Counted from the stretch's first letter, positions 36,071-47,713 are shown. The stretch: 64,000 nucleotides of DNA from an uncultured Gammaproteobacteria bacterium (GCA_964524515.1 CAZGEA010000001.1:233522-297521); one strand, 5' to 3'. The notes: generated from the letters alone by a model not told the origin. Made by a program: numbers and translations.

Positions 36071-37533
36071 TTTTTATTATTTGTTTTTATTTCTTTTGAA
36101 AGATCGAGAATAAAGAATTGTGGATCACTATAAACCATCTCGAATCGCTTTTTAAAATTCACAGAGTCTGTGTCATTCATCGCTGTTGATATAAAATATC
36201 TTCCACCCAATGCAATTATTTCATCAATTGATCTATCAACAGCAGGCCATCCAAATCTTTTAGTGTAATAAAGCAATACTGTATTTCCATTATCTGGAGC
36301 CACAACTTTTGCATCTTTTGGTGCAATGCTATCTAAAATTTGACCAGCTCTGATAAATTCTGAATGATTAATTTTGTAATATTCTTTTACTTGAAAAAAA
36401 GAAATTCCAAACATTAAAAAAGTACAAAAAGATAACAAGAAAAAAGAACCAATTCTTTGTCTAAGTTTCTTATAATTTAGCATTTCAGAAGCACCAATCC
36501 CCAAAGTTAGCGCAACAGCTGGAATTGCAATTGTTTGATAATAATCATGTCTCACATTTGCAGTTGCGATAATGCTTACATACAAAAACATTCCAATTAA
36601 GAAAAAATGATGAACAAATCCATACTTGTCTCGCTTTAATAATCCAAAACCAAAAGGTATCATTCCCCATATTCCAAGAATCAAAATACCCAGTCTTTCT
36701 CCAAATATCCATCTCCAAAAAGATGGTCTAAATCTAATTCCATCTCCATTAAACATCCAAGAAAATGCAGGAATTCCAACAACTTTATCAAAAATATATA
36801 TTCTCCAAATAAAAAATGGGATCATTGCAATATCAAGTGCAATTAATAATGGAATATTAAAAATTGTACCAATTATTCCATATTTTCTAATTGCCAAATA
36901 AACTGGAACTACCCCGTAAAATGCAACAAACGGTTTAACTAATATTCCCAATGCAAAAGCAATTGCTGCAGTAAACAAAAAGATTTTCGATTCGCTACTT
37001 ATATATTTCATAAACAAATAAACACCTAAAATTGCGAACATTGTGGCCATTGGCTCAGGTAAAATTACTCGCGAAAAAAAGATGTTAAAAGGCATAAATG
37101 CAAAATAAAAAGCAGACACCAATCCTGCCATTGAACCAACTAACTTTTTGCCAATTAAAAATAACAAATATGTTGTGATAACTGAAGCAACAATTGAAGT
37201 TAATCTGCCACTAACTTCAAGTGAAACAAATGGAAGTGCTTTTGCAAATATGTAATGAAAAAAATTAAACACAGGAAACTCAACCAATCTCAACCCTTCG
37301 CCATTATAATAACCAGTCTGAATACTTGATACGTCATAATATTGTGGATTTAATAAATTCAAACCTCGATCCATAAAAATTCTTGTAACAGATGCTGTAT
37401 CAACCTGTCTCCAAGAATGCCAATCAGCAACTGGCTGCGATATTTTATAAAGTCTAACTCCAAAACAAGCAACTATTATTAATAATATGGCAACAGTTTC
37501 AAATAATTTGTAAAATCTAACTGATATCTTCAT
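36067..37533 (-). CDS. GT-C-fold membrane glycosyltransferase, ArnT/PMT (GT83/GT39)-like
   Basis: Polytopic (at least 10 hydrophobic segments). First-loop motif ADWHSWRQVDTASV (the sWRQxDT motif seen in ArnT/PMT_2 family). C-terminal soluble domain of about 110 aa. Confidence 0.65.
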   Translation of the reverse strand: MKISVRFYKLFETVAILLIIVACFGVRLYKISQPVADWHSWRQVDTASVTRIFMDRGLNLLNPQYYDVSSIQTGYYNGEGLRLVEFPVFNFFHYIFAKALPFVSLEVSGRLTSIVASVITTYLLFLIGKKLVGSMAGLVSAFYFAFMPFNIFFSRVILPEPMATMFAILGVYLFMKYISSESKIFLFTAAIAFALGILVKPFVAFYGVVPVYLAIRKYGIIGTIFNIPLLIALDIAMIPFFIWRIYIFDKVVGIPAFSWMFNGDGIRFRPSFWRWIFGERLGILILGIWGMIPFGFGLLKRDKYGFVHHFFLIGMFLYVSIIATANVRHDYYQTIAIPAVALTLGIGASEMLNYKKLRQRIGSFFLLSFCTFLMFGISFFQVKEYYKINHSEFIRAGQILDSIAPKDAKVVAPDNGNTVLLYYTKRFGWPAVDRSIDEIIALGGRYFISTAMNDTDSVNFKKRFEMVYSDPQFFILDLSKEIKTNNKK

Positions 37534-38968
37534 TTATTTTCTTTCTAAACGCAATCGATACACAAAAACCACTAATTAGCCAAAAGATTGTCGCGAATTT
37601 TGAAGCTTCAAATATATCAATAAAGACAGCAGTTAACAATAGACCTGGTAATGCACATAAATATCCCATTACAAACAACTTCTCAACCGTATTATTTTTT
37701 TCATTTCTAACATATCTTATCAAAACTTTTATAATTACAACCAATATAGTAATAAAACTCAAAAATCCCAATATTCCAACTTCACCCAATAATCTCAAAA
37801 AATCATTATCAGTGGCTAGTGTTATCGATGAATACCCAGTTCCCAATAACGGATTCTTTGTAAAAGCTCTAATTGCCCTTGGCCAACTAGCATTTAATCT
37901 AATATTTGTAGATCTATCCTCAAAAACAGGCACAGCAGTTGGAGCTGGAGTTGTATCAATTAATGTTGCACTTTCAGAAGCTGCATTTACTTCAAAAATA
38001 ATTTTAGGATTATACAAAATTGAATCTTTAATGTGTTGCACTTGTGGGAAAACAACTTCAAAAATTCTAGTATATCTTTCAATTAAATTTGTTGAAAAAC
38101 TTAAAACTAAAAAGCTAAACACCACAAATAAAAACATAATCAAATACTTTCTAAGCCAAAACAAAAGCAAACAAATGCTCAAAATATATGAGACAAATAT
38201 TGTCCGCGATGCTGCAAGTGCCAATAACCACATACCAGAACAAAGAATTAAAATTAATAAAAAATTATTTCTTTTCTGAATTGAAGACAATTCACTTTTT
38301 TCTCTAACAAACAATATTCCAATCAAAATTGAACTTATTAAAAGTATATAAAGCGAAAGATCATAATGCCCCGCAAAAGTCGAAACCAAGTGCGCTCCAG
38401 GCATAAACCGCAGTGCAACTCCAGAAGAATATTCAGCATTTTGAGTAGTTATAACTGGAAATGAAAAATACTTTTGCAAAAACCCAACTGAAAAAGCTAC
38501 AACAAAAGTTAATATAAAAATATTCAAGAAAAACATTAAGTTTTTTTTGTTTCTTAATGCACTATAACCTACAAAAAACAAGATCATATATTCAAATCTT
38601 CTAAATAAATGCAATATTCCAGTTGATGGACTAACACTCTTAGTAATGAGTATCGCAGCAGCTAACGACAAAGCACCAACAAGCCAAAATATTACAAATG
38701 AAAAAGTAATTTTGTCTTCAAAAACTGATCTCAAAGCACCAATAGGTTTTTTAATATCAATTGTTTTAATACTTATTAAAAACCACAAAAAAACACATGC
38801 TAATATAACAAAATCCTCCAAACGAACTGAAACATAAGATCCAGGAACCAAAATAAATGGGAACTTAGGATAAAGAGGAATAAAAACTATCAAAAGTCCA
38901 ACAAGATACTTAAACAAATCTTCCTTTGGATACTTTAAAAAATTAAATACCGATAAATGTTTTCGCAT
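37517..38968 (-). CDS. O-antigen ligase/polymerase family (Wzy_C domain) membrane protein
   Basis: Polytopic. Large loop with RLNASWPRAIRAFTKNPLLGTGYSS...DNDFLRLLGEVGILG (Wzy_C/O-antigen ligase motif R...W...P.lG.G ... h.n.yL). Confidence 0.7.
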   Translation of the reverse strand: MRKHLSVFNFLKYPKEDLFKYLVGLLIVFIPLYPKFPFILVPGSYVSVRLEDFVILACVFLWFLISIKTIDIKKPIGALRSVFEDKITFSFVIFWLVGALSLAAAILITKSVSPSTGILHLFRRFEYMILFFVGYSALRNKKNLMFFLNIFILTFVVAFSVGFLQKYFSFPVITTQNAEYSSGVALRFMPGAHLVSTFAGHYDLSLYILLISSILIGILFVREKSELSSIQKRNNFLLILILCSGMWLLALAASRTIFVSYILSICLLLFWLRKYLIMFLFVVFSFLVLSFSTNLIERYTRIFEVVFPQVQHIKDSILYNPKIIFEVNAASESATLIDTTPAPTAVPVFEDRSTNIRLNASWPRAIRAFTKNPLLGTGYSSITLATDNDFLRLLGEVGILGFLSFITILVVIIKVLIRYVRNEKNNTVEKLFVMGYLCALPGLLLTAVFIDIFEASKFATIFWLISGFCVSIAFRKKINEDIS

Positions 38969-39857
38969 ATGTTTTTGCCAATTCTGGTTTAAGTATAACG
39001 TATAATCCTGCTCTCAAAAGTGATCCTGTTCTCAAAAACAAATTGAGTATTGGATACTGCCATTTATTATAATGTTTTTTAAAAAACAATTTTATATTTT
39101 TAAATTCCCAAACAATAGAAAATCCAGATCCACCACTTGCACCACCTAAATGTATAATATAACTATTAGGATTAACCAAAACTCGATAATTATTCTGTTT
39201 AGCACGGTAACAAAAATCAACTTCCTCTACATACATAAAATAATCTTCATCGAAATAACCAATTTCACCAACCAACTTTCTTTTAAATAAAAAAAATGCA
39301 CCTGTTACCCAATCCAATTCAATAAATTTATTATTTTGATGTGACGAATGAGGTGGATGAAAAAATTTTAAAAACCTATCCAGAAATGGGATATCTTCAA
39401 CAAAAAACATCCAACAAAAAACTCTAAATAAACTAGGAAAATAACCCCCAGTACCTTGATTACTTCCATCAATATTTCTCAACATCGAAGAAACTATTCC
39501 TACATTTTTTTCTTCAATAAAATCAATCATTTCTTGAAAAACATTAGTTTCAATTAAAGTATCAGAATTTAAAAGCAAAATATATTTTCCTTTTGCAATT
39601 CTCATTCCTTGATTGTTTGCTTTAGCAAAACCATAGTTAGACTGATTTTTAATTATTTTTATAATACTTTTATATTTTTGGTAAATTGAGTTACTCTTTT
39701 TAAATTCATCAACTGTTCCATCTTTTGAATTATTATCAACCAATATAATTTCAATATTTAATTTATTTTTAAATTTAATAATTGATTCAATACAGTTTTG
39801 AAGAATCTCTCGAGTATTATAACTTACAATAATTACTGACAATTCAGTTTTATCCAT
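38943..39857 (-). CDS. Glycosyltransferase family 2
   Basis: LSVIIVSYNTREILQNCIESI...IILVDNNSKDGT. Confidence 0.8.
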   Translation of the reverse strand: MDKTELSVIIVSYNTREILQNCIESIIKFKNKLNIEIILVDNNSKDGTVDEFKKSNSIYQKYKSIIKIIKNQSNYGFAKANNQGMRIAKGKYILLLNSDTLIETNVFQEMIDFIEEKNVGIVSSMLRNIDGSNQGTGGYFPSLFRVFCWMFFVEDIPFLDRFLKFFHPPHSSHQNNKFIELDWVTGAFFLFKRKLVGEIGYFDEDYFMYVEEVDFCYRAKQNNYRVLVNPNSYIIHLGGASGGSGFSIVWEFKNIKLFFKKHYNKWQYPILNLFLRTGSLLRAGLYVILKPELAKTYAKTFIGI

Positions 39858-40386
39858 TTCTTCGAAGAATTACTTTCAAAAAATTAAACATTTCCGAAGA
39901 GAAATTTGTAAAAACCAAATAAACAAAAAATATTGTAATTGAACCAAGTATTACTCTGGAATAAGCAGATGTTGGTACATATTTAAGAATTATTTTCTGC
40001 CTATAATGAACTCCTTTATACCAAATTTCATCTTTAGCTAAATTAGGTTCAAATCCATTTATAAAATAACTATCACGAAATGGCATTGTAAGCTCTTCCA
40101 AAAAAGTACTTCTTGTTTGGTCTCGAACTAAAGTTTGTGAATCCTCAGGAGGATAATTTAATCGAAGTGATGGACCACCATATTGTTTCTGATAATAACT
40201 AACAACTTCATCACGTGTTAAATCAGTAAAATATGCTCTCCTAAATGGAGTTTCAATATCAGCTTCTTCAAATGATTGCTGCGAATTATCAGCCGGCATT
40301 GGAAAACCAGATGAAGGTAAACCCAAATAAACCAAAAAAAGAAATGAAAAAACATAAAATAATACTACAAATACTTTTTTCTTCAC
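39850..40386 (-). CDS. Hypothetical membrane protein (N- and C-terminal TM helices)
   Basis: Clean ORF with ATGA-type coupling to its neighbours. No recognisable motif. Confidence 0.45.
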   Translation of the reverse strand: MKKKVFVVLFYVFSFLFLVYLGLPSSGFPMPADNSQQSFEEADIETPFRRAYFTDLTRDEVVSYYQKQYGGPSLRLNYPPEDSQTLVRDQTRSTFLEELTMPFRDSYFINGFEPNLAKDEIWYKGVHYRQKIILKYVPTSAYSRVILGSITIFFVYLVFTNFSSEMFNFLKVILRRNG

Positions 40387-40985
40387 TGGAATAATCTTGC
40401 CCTTCCCAAAACATAATTTAAATTTTTATTTTTTCGCTCACCTATTTCTTTTGCAGGCACACCACCAACGATTGAAAAATCCTCAACTGGTTTCGTTACA
40501 ACTGCCCCAGCAGCAACAACTGCCCCTTTACCAATTTTTACCCCCGGCAAGATAATTGCACGAGGTCCAATAAAAACATAATCACCGATCTCCACAATGT
40601 CATTATGTGCCACAAAATCCGATGAATTCAAATCATGTTCTGAATTAAAAATCATTACTGAAGATGCTATATCAACATGGTTCCCAATCTTTATATTTGA
40701 TCGCCCATCCAAAAACACATGATCACCAATCAAAGAATCTCGACCAATCTCAATATTTCGAGGATCATAAAAATTTGCCCACATATGAATTGTTGAACCT
40801 TTTCCAATCCGAACTCCAGCAAATCTATATACAATTTTTCGGATGGTGTGAAGCGGAATATGACCAGTCCATCGAAGCATCATTAATTCAAAATCAAGCC
40901 AATAATTAAAAATTCTATTAATAATTTTTTGAGAAGCTTGCTCATTAGTAAGTTCTCTTCCCATTTTATCTTTAAATATCTTCAT
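40383..40985 (-). CDS. Hexapeptide-repeat (left-handed beta-helix) sugar O-acetyltransferase
   Basis: Tandem [LIV]GxxxxI hexapeptides: [27 protein letters not shown] ... [31 protein letters not shown]. Confidence 0.85.
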   Translation of the reverse strand: MKIFKDKMGRELTNEQASQKIINRIFNYWLDFELMMLRWTGHIPLHTIRKIVYRFAGVRIGKGSTIHMWANFYDPRNIEIGRDSLIGDHVFLDGRSNIKIGNHVDIASSVMIFNSEHDLNSSDFVAHNDIVEIGDYVFIGPRAIILPGVKIGKGAVVAAGAVVTKPVEDFSIVGGVPAKEIGERKNKNLNYVLGRARLFQ

Positions 40986-40992
40986 AAATAAT

Positions 40993-42120
40993 TTAACTTT
41001 CAGTTAATGCATTCATTGTATCAATTGCCGTATTATCCCAAGAAAATTTTCTTGTTTGTTCTAAAAGTCTCTTTACAAGATTATCATATTCCAAATCTTT
41101 CATCTCTAAAACTTTATTCATTCCATCTGCTATTGAATCAACGTTGTGTGGATCAACATAAATTGCAGCAGTACCGCCAACTTCAGGCAAACTTCCAGAT
41201 TTTGAAATAACAACTGGAATCCCTGAAGCCATACTACTTAGTACATCGAGTCCAAAACCTTCCCAAAAAGATGGTAAAAGAAATGCCTTTGCACCTCTAA
41301 TTAATGCTACTTTATCTTTTTCATCAACATAACCTGTAAAAATAACCTTATCTTCTAAACCTAATTTTTTAACTTCTGCAAATATATCTTCATATAGCCA
41401 ACCTTTTTTTCCGCCAATTACTAATTTAATCTTTTCATCGGTTTTCAACACTTTTTGGTATGCTTTAACTATACCCATAACATTTTTCGATGGTTTTAAA
41501 GTTCCCAAAAATAAAAAATATTCATTTAAACCTATAGAAAACTTTCTTTTTACTCGTCGCACATCAGAATGAGTAATAATTTGATTAAATTTTTCTCGAT
41601 CGTATGATAAATATGTAACAATAATTTTATTTTTTACTAATGGATAATGTCGTACAATATCTTTAGCAGTACTTTGTGAGATAGCAAATATTTTTTTAGA
41701 AATAAACATCGACCAAGCACTCCAATACTTCAACTGCCAAAAATCATATTTTCTAAATTGCTCCGATGAATTGAGGTATCCTAAGTCCATAATAGAACAA
41801 AAAGCTTTTACTCTCATTAGTGGTGGTAGATAATGACTAGGAGTAAAAAAAACATCTAATTTTGGTGAATCAAATAATAACTTAGGCATTAACTTTGTAA
41901 TAACCCACAGTTTGTTACCTTTTAAAATTTTATATTTTATAAAATCACTCTCTTTTGGTAAATCGTTAAGAGGTTTTTCCTTTAAATAAATTATTATCTT
42001 ATGATTCTTATTCCATCTATCCTGTAGTTTCTCAATTGCTAACAATAATTGATGTGCATAAACATTTACTCCAACACGTACTTTTGTATTTGCTTCATTA
42101 CCATCAATTCCTATCAACAT
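40993..42120 (-). CDS. Glycosyltransferase family 4
   Basis: [30 protein letters not shown]. Confidence 0.8.
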   Translation of the reverse strand: MLIGIDGNEANTKVRVGVNVYAHQLLLAIEKLQDRWNKNHKIIIYLKEKPLNDLPKESDFIKYKILKGNKLWVITKLMPKLLFDSPKLDVFFTPSHYLPPLMRVKAFCSIMDLGYLNSSEQFRKYDFWQLKYWSAWSMFISKKIFAISQSTAKDIVRHYPLVKNKIIVTYLSYDREKFNQIITHSDVRRVKRKFSIGLNEYFLFLGTLKPSKNVMGIVKAYQKVLKTDEKIKLVIGGKKGWLYEDIFAEVKKLGLEDKVIFTGYVDEKDKVALIRGAKAFLLPSFWEGFGLDVLSSMASGIPVVISKSGSLPEVGGTAAIYVDPHNVDSIADGMNKVLEMKDLEYDNLVKRLLEQTRKFSWDNTAIDTMNALTES

Positions 42121-42129
42121 ATGTCTCTA

Positions 42130-43221
42130 TTATACCAATGATTCATACAATTGAATTGTTTTCCCAGCTGAATCGCTCCATTTAAATTTCATTGATCTAT
42201 TTTTACCACTTTTAATATAAAAATCCCTTTTACTTAGTACTTTCTCGATCCCATCAACTAATGATTCAAGTGACTTTGGATCAATTAAAACTGCAGAATC
42301 ACCTGCAACCTCAGGAAGACTAGATGTGTTTGAACAAACAACTGGAACACCACAATTCATAGCTTCAAGAATAGGCAAACCAAATCCTTCATAAAGAGAT
42401 GGATAAACCATAGCACTAGCTCCAGAATACAAAGCTGGAATTTCATCTTTATTTACATGACCAGTAAAAATCACATTATCCAATTCACCATTAACTTGAT
42501 AATGATTCTGACCACCAATAATTACGAGCTTATATTTTTTCTTAAATCTAGAAAACGCCTTAAGAAGCAAATTTGTATTCTTTCGTCCACCAACTCCAAT
42601 TGTTACTAAATAATCCCCACTTATTTCATACTTCTTCAAAACCAAATCAATTTTATTTTTATCAATTTTGCCATAATTAGCTGATACAGCCTCAGGAATA
42701 ACTACTATTCTTTTCTCATCAATTCCATATTCAATTGCATCATTCTTTGTTGATATTGATGGAACTATAATTTTATCTGACTCTTTTCGTACCAATTCAA
42801 GTCTTCTTTTATGAACTTCAACAATTTTAGGATTTGTCTCACTTTCAAAAAGAATTGGAGCAAAATCGTGCACTGTTGTAACTTTTATTCCATTAAATCT
42901 AGGCTCAGTCCAATCTGATGTATGAAATAAATCAAGATCACCAACTATCAAATTTATTGGCATAAAATGAATTTTATTCCAAATAATATCTGCAATACTT
43001 GGAGAAAATGGTGTAACCAACATCCTGGTGTTATTATTTTTTACCAAATTGTAAAAACGATTAAAATCTTCACGTCTTCTTAATGTTCCACAAAAAAATG
43101 TATATAAATTTTTTTTATCAATTTCTAAAATACTTTTAACAAGATTTTCAGTATAAACTGACACTCCTGTTTCATAAATCAATTGCGATATATCGATACC
43201 AATCTTCATTTTATTTCTCAT
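42130..43221 (-). CDS. Glycosyltransferase family 4
   Basis: EGFGLPILEAMNCGVPVVCSNTSSLPEVAG. Confidence 0.8.
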   Translation of the reverse strand: MRNKMKIGIDISQLIYETGVSVYTENLVKSILEIDKKNLYTFFCGTLRRREDFNRFYNLVKNNNTRMLVTPFSPSIADIIWNKIHFMPINLIVGDLDLFHTSDWTEPRFNGIKVTTVHDFAPILFESETNPKIVEVHKRRLELVRKESDKIIVPSISTKNDAIEYGIDEKRIVVIPEAVSANYGKIDKNKIDLVLKKYEISGDYLVTIGVGGRKNTNLLLKAFSRFKKKYKLVIIGGQNHYQVNGELDNVIFTGHVNKDEIPALYSGASAMVYPSLYEGFGLPILEAMNCGVPVVCSNTSSLPEVAGDSAVLIDPKSLESLVDGIEKVLSKRDFYIKSGKNRSMKFKWSDSAGKTIQLYESLV

Positions 43222-44527
43222 ATCTCCACACTAATATACCATTAAAATTAATATCACCAGTTTTTCGATATCCAACTGATTCAATTTTTAATCTAGTACT
43301 ATCACTAGGGTCACTCACTTCTTGGACATACCTCAATAAAAAAATCTTATTTGTTTTCATTTCAAAATTTATATTCCCAGAATAATAATTATCTTTTTTG
43401 GCATAAAATTTATATGCCTCCATTTGGCTATTTGACGGGAACACAACAATCGAATCCTTATTTTCACTATTTAATTCAACAAATGATACTAAACCTCTCC
43501 AATCTTCCCTTTGAAAATTATGATTAAACAAATACACACTTGATGTTGTGATGTTAATTGACAACAAAACAAAAACAATCAGCATGTTTATCTTTTTAGA
43601 AAAATTAAAAACCCCAATTGAAACTAACAAATAAAATGCAGGTAATAAAAATAAAAATCTAAAATAATTAAGAACAGGTATTTTAAATGAAATTAAAATA
43701 GCAATCAAAAACGGAAAAAATAACCACAAAAAAACTACCTTTATTTTTTTAAATAAATAAAATGATTTATATATTAAATAAAAAAATAATAAAGTAACGA
43801 TCAAAGAAACAAAACCATATATTATTTTATTATCAAAGCTCACCCTTCCTAAAATAAACTTAACTGGCAATAAAAATATCTCTTTAAATGATAATTCCCC
43901 TAAAAGTTTTGACCAAGCAGGTGAGTTAGAAATTGAACTAAATCCAGAAAACAATTGTATAAAAAACACATTTGACCAAAATACAAAAAATAATAGTGTT
44001 GGTAAAAACGAATACATTATTCTTTTAATATTATTTCTATCCAAATATGAATCAACAATAAAAATAGGAAATATTAAAGTAGCTAAATAATCAGTCATCG
44101 CAACTAAAAGTAAACACAAAGAAAATAATAACCATTTTTTACAAAGATACGAATAAATCAAAAAACAAACCAAAAAAGTTACCATTGAATACATCCTCGC
44201 TTCCTGTGAGTAATAAATATGAAGTCCAGATGTGGCAATCAATAAACTTGCAAACAAACCAATCTTTTTGTTTACAATTTTCTCGCCGATCTTATAAATT
44301 AAAAAGATTGTACCCAATCCAAACAATATTGATAAACCTCTTCCGGGAATCAGTCGAAACAATAGATAATATAACGGAGGGTGAAAATCTCCAACTATAA
44401 ATTTATTAAAAAAATCTGAAATACTAATGCTAACTGTTGAAAAAGTAGTTGCCTCGTCAAGCCATAGTGATTGATTTATCGATATTATTCTTAACAAAAA
44501 ACCAAAAAATATTATTAAACTAATCAT
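43211..44527 (-). CDS. GT-C-fold membrane glycosyltransferase, PMT_2/ArnT-like
   Basis: Polytopic. First extracytoplasmic loop SLWLDEATTF (the DE motif typical of GT39/GT83-like enzymes). Confidence 0.6.
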   Translation of the reverse strand: MISLIIFFGFLLRIISINQSLWLDEATTFSTVSISISDFFNKFIVGDFHPPLYYLLFRLIPGRGLSILFGLGTIFLIYKIGEKIVNKKIGLFASLLIATSGLHIYYSQEARMYSMVTFLVCFLIYSYLCKKWLLFSLCLLLVAMTDYLATLIFPIFIVDSYLDRNNIKRIMYSFLPTLLFFVFWSNVFFIQLFSGFSSISNSPAWSKLLGELSFKEIFLLPVKFILGRVSFDNKIIYGFVSLIVTLLFFYLIYKSFYLFKKIKVVFLWLFFPFLIAILISFKIPVLNYFRFLFLLPAFYLLVSIGVFNFSKKINMLIVFVLLSINITTSSVYLFNHNFQREDWRGLVSFVELNSENKDSIVVFPSNSQMEAYKFYAKKDNYYSGNINFEMKTNKIFLLRYVQEVSDPSDSTRLKIESVGYRKTGDINFNGILVWRYEK

Positions 44528-45357
44528 TTTCCACTTTTACCAAAAAGAGTCATCTCAGTAATTCCCATAAAAATTCCAAAATCATAAATAATTTTGAAAA
44601 TTAGAAAATAAAAATTACTATGTTTTATCGATTTATAAATTCCAATAATTAAAGAAATTACAAAACTAGAAACAAAAAGTGTATAAAGTTGTCCAATAAA
44701 ACCAAATTTATAATCTCTTTTAGCAATCCATTTTGATTGTTTATAAATTTCAGATAATTTTTCTGGATTTTTATGATAATAAACAGCATCCTGAGCCAAA
44801 GTTGCTTCATAATCTAATTTTTCAGATAAACTCCAATCATCAGTATAGCCACCTTTTGAAAAACCATTTACTTTTTCAAATTCTCTTTTAAGAATTGCTC
44901 TAAATACTTTTTGAGTATCAGGGTAGTCAACAGAGATTCTTCTCTTTATTGGCAAATTACTATTAATATTCCAACATTTAGACCACACATTATTCCAATT
45001 TAAAACATACTCATCCTTACTAAATGTTCCCTTTGATTCATTTTTAATAATCGGCTTAATCAATTTTTCAACAAATTTTTTATCAAAAACCATATCTGAA
45101 TCAACAAAAATTAAAATATCACCTTTAGATTTTTGAGCTCCATAGTTTCTTGCAGCAGCCGGGCCCATGTGTTTCTGTTTTAAAATTATTAAGTTATTAA
45201 AATTTAAGTTAGAAACAAAATTTAATGTATTATCAGCTGAACCATCATCTACAACAATTAACTCTAAATCTTTATATGTTTGATTTTTAATTGAGTTAAG
45301 ACAATCAACGATGTGCTGTTCTTCGTTATATGTCGGAATAATTATTGATACTTTCAT
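44524..45357 (-). CDS. GT2 polyprenyl-phosphate sugar synthase-like (DPM1/GtrB/ArnC architecture: GT-A domain plus two C-terminal TM helices)
   Basis: VSIIIPTYNEEQHIVDCLNSI...LIVVDDGSADNT and a C-terminal FGFIGQLYTLFVSSFVISLIIGIYK...FYFLIFKIIYDFGIFMGI. ATGA-coupled to the downstream GT-C gene. Confidence 0.7.
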   Translation of the reverse strand: MKVSIIIPTYNEEQHIVDCLNSIKNQTYKDLELIVVDDGSADNTLNFVSNLNFNNLIILKQKHMGPAAARNYGAQKSKGDILIFVDSDMVFDKKFVEKLIKPIIKNESKGTFSKDEYVLNWNNVWSKCWNINSNLPIKRRISVDYPDTQKVFRAILKREFEKVNGFSKGGYTDDWSLSEKLDYEATLAQDAVYYHKNPEKLSEIYKQSKWIAKRDYKFGFIGQLYTLFVSSFVISLIIGIYKSIKHSNFYFLIFKIIYDFGIFMGITEMTLFGKSGK

Positions 45358-46370
45358 TTAATGATCTTATCAAATTGATCAATGTATTTTTGTGCAATTT
45401 TGCTCCATCCAAAATTACTTGACTGATTAAATGGTTTTCTTCCCCACTTAGTATTTAAAGCTTTTTTAATTAAATTTGAATACTCAATTAAGTTATTCGG
45501 ATCAACAAAATATCCAGCATCACCCACAATTTGTTTTCTAATTGGATCATCTGAACAAACAATTGGTAAATTTGAAGCCATAGCTTCAAGCATCACAATA
45601 CCAAATGACTCATAAAATTGAGTTGAATATGTAAATAAATCACACGATCTATATATTATCGGCATATCTTCATATTTTGATTCAATTATTCTAAATCGTC
45701 CTGGCATCATTCTATTTGCTTGTTCTTCCAATTTACTTTTAAGACTTCCTTTTCCTACAATCAAAAGTGAAACACTATCCAATTTTGAAACAGCATTAAT
45801 AACCAAATCAAATCTCTTAATATCTTCAAGCGCCCCACAAGACAAAACAATTGGATGTTTTAATCCAAAATCTCGCTTTTGACCATTCGGATTAAATTTC
45901 ACAGAATCAACACCATTTGGAATTGTTACAACTTTTACAAATGGCGCAAAATTACGAGCCCAATTACTTTGAAATTCAGTCAAACCAATAAATAAATCAG
46001 GAAAACATAGTAAATTAAATTTATCATCCCTTCCCAATCCAGATTGCCCAGGAATAACTAATTTAGTTTTCTTTCCAAATGTCCATATTTTCGAAAATAA
46101 ACTTTGAAATCCACCATTTGTGGCAAATAAAACATCAGTATCCATTGAAACATTCATCAAAGCCTTAACGGCAAACAAATTCTGATCATTAATTGTAATT
46201 GTTTTATAAAATGAGTTAGTTAGCTTTTCACCAGTTTGATAAACAGTAACATTGTGACCAAGTTGAACAAACTTATTTGAAAGTTCATGCACATATGTCT
46301 CAACTCCTCGATACACAGAACCACTATGCTTACTCAAAAAAACAATATTTAATTTTTTATTCTTTTCCAT
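45354..46370 (-). CDS. Glycosyltransferase family 4
   Basis: ESFGIVMLEAMASNLPIVCSDD. Confidence 0.8.
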   Translation of the reverse strand: MEKNKKLNIVFLSKHSGSVYRGVETYVHELSNKFVQLGHNVTVYQTGEKLTNSFYKTITINDQNLFAVKALMNVSMDTDVLFATNGGFQSLFSKIWTFGKKTKLVIPGQSGLGRDDKFNLLCFPDLFIGLTEFQSNWARNFAPFVKVVTIPNGVDSVKFNPNGQKRDFGLKHPIVLSCGALEDIKRFDLVINAVSKLDSVSLLIVGKGSLKSKLEEQANRMMPGRFRIIESKYEDMPIIYRSCDLFTYSTQFYESFGIVMLEAMASNLPIVCSDDPIRKQIVGDAGYFVDPNNLIEYSNLIKKALNTKWGRKPFNQSSNFGWSKIAQKYIDQFDKIIK

Positions 46371-47713
46371 ATTTCTAAATTAAGATTATCAATTCTATTA
46401 ACTTCATAAAAAGAATTAAGATAAGCACTAAATAACACCGATCTATAACCATCAATATCATAATAACTTTTATTTGTATCGTTTGTTTTAATTATATACT
46501 CCGGGTTTTTATCACTATTCCATTTGTTAAGTGTATTCATTGATTCGTTTTGTATTTCAAAATACCAAGGATAATTATCCAACCATGGTGTTGGCGGCAA
46601 TAAATTTGCACTAAAATATAAACCAGAATGCAAACCTAATAAATAAACATTATCGCTTTTTAAAATTACTTCATTCAAAGTATTTGATATCTTTAAATCA
46701 CTATTTTCAAAAAATCTAATCGAATTGCTAAATTTAAAACTTGGTTTAATAATAAAATAGCCCATCAAAATAATTAAAATCAAAATTAATATTTGCTTAC
46801 CAGCGGTAAATTTATTTAAAACTATTCTCCATAACAATACTGATATAATTAAATTGCTAGATAAATGAATTGGTGTATATCTAGGAAACATCAAAAATAA
46901 AGACAATAAAGAAAATATAACTAATGACAGACTAATTTTATTTCTTAAATTTCTTTTCAAAACAATCAAAAATATTGGAAAGTTTACAATAAACATAAAA
47001 ATCATTTCCCTCTTTGAATTTAATAAATATAAATACCCAGGAATTTCTCTCCAAAAATATAATGGGTAATAAATTGCCCATCTATAAAAATCACCAACAG
47101 TATTTGAAGTTACAAGATATAAAATAAAAATGGTAACAGGAACAACAAAACCTAAAATATAATTAAGTAAAATTTTTAAGTTTCTTTCATATATTAAAAC
47201 TAATAACAAACTAGGTGGAAAAAAAATTATTGAGGTTTGTTTTGTTAAAAAACATAAGCCTAAAAATAAACCAGCTAAAAAAAATCGACTTCTAATATAA
47301 TAAAATATAAAAATTATTAAATACAAAGATAAAATTGAATCAGGCCAAAAAGAATTTGGTACAAACTCAAACATCAATATTACTAAAAATAATCCATACA
47401 ATATTACCTTTAAGTCTTTTTTTAAATTGATAACTTCAAATACTTTTATAAAAACTAATAAAGTAATTAATTTATAAAAAATAAAAAATAATTTCAAAAA
47501 AAATGGATTAACAAATCCAATCTTAAAAAATAAAATTTGTGGCAAAATAGAAAGTGGCGTATAAACAAACACCAAATCTTTATATAAAACAAGTCCATTA
47601 TTTACAAAATAGGGAAAACTAAGCATCTCAGGCCACAATGTAAATGAAAATGACATCAGAAAAATTATCTGCAAAATGAATAATATAATTAAACCAAAAT
47701 TATACTGTTTCAT
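46349..47713 (-). CDS. Polytopic membrane protein with a C-terminal soluble domain (possible GT-C/polymerase-like)
   Basis: About 10 hydrophobic segments in the first 330 aa, then a hydrophilic tail of about 120 aa. No recognisable motif. Confidence 0.45.
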   Translation of the reverse strand: MKQYNFGLIILFILQIIFLMSFSFTLWPEMLSFPYFVNNGLVLYKDLVFVYTPLSILPQILFFKIGFVNPFFLKLFFIFYKLITLLVFIKVFEVINLKKDLKVILYGLFLVILMFEFVPNSFWPDSILSLYLIIFIFYYIRSRFFLAGLFLGLCFLTKQTSIIFFPPSLLLVLIYERNLKILLNYILGFVVPVTIFILYLVTSNTVGDFYRWAIYYPLYFWREIPGYLYLLNSKREMIFMFIVNFPIFLIVLKRNLRNKISLSLVIFSLLSLFLMFPRYTPIHLSSNLIISVLLWRIVLNKFTAGKQILILILIILMGYFIIKPSFKFSNSIRFFENSDLKISNTLNEVILKSDNVYLLGLHSGLYFSANLLPPTPWLDNYPWYFEIQNESMNTLNKWNSDKNPEYIIKTNDTNKSYYDIDGYRSVLFSAYLNSFYEVNRIDNLNLEIWKRIKN

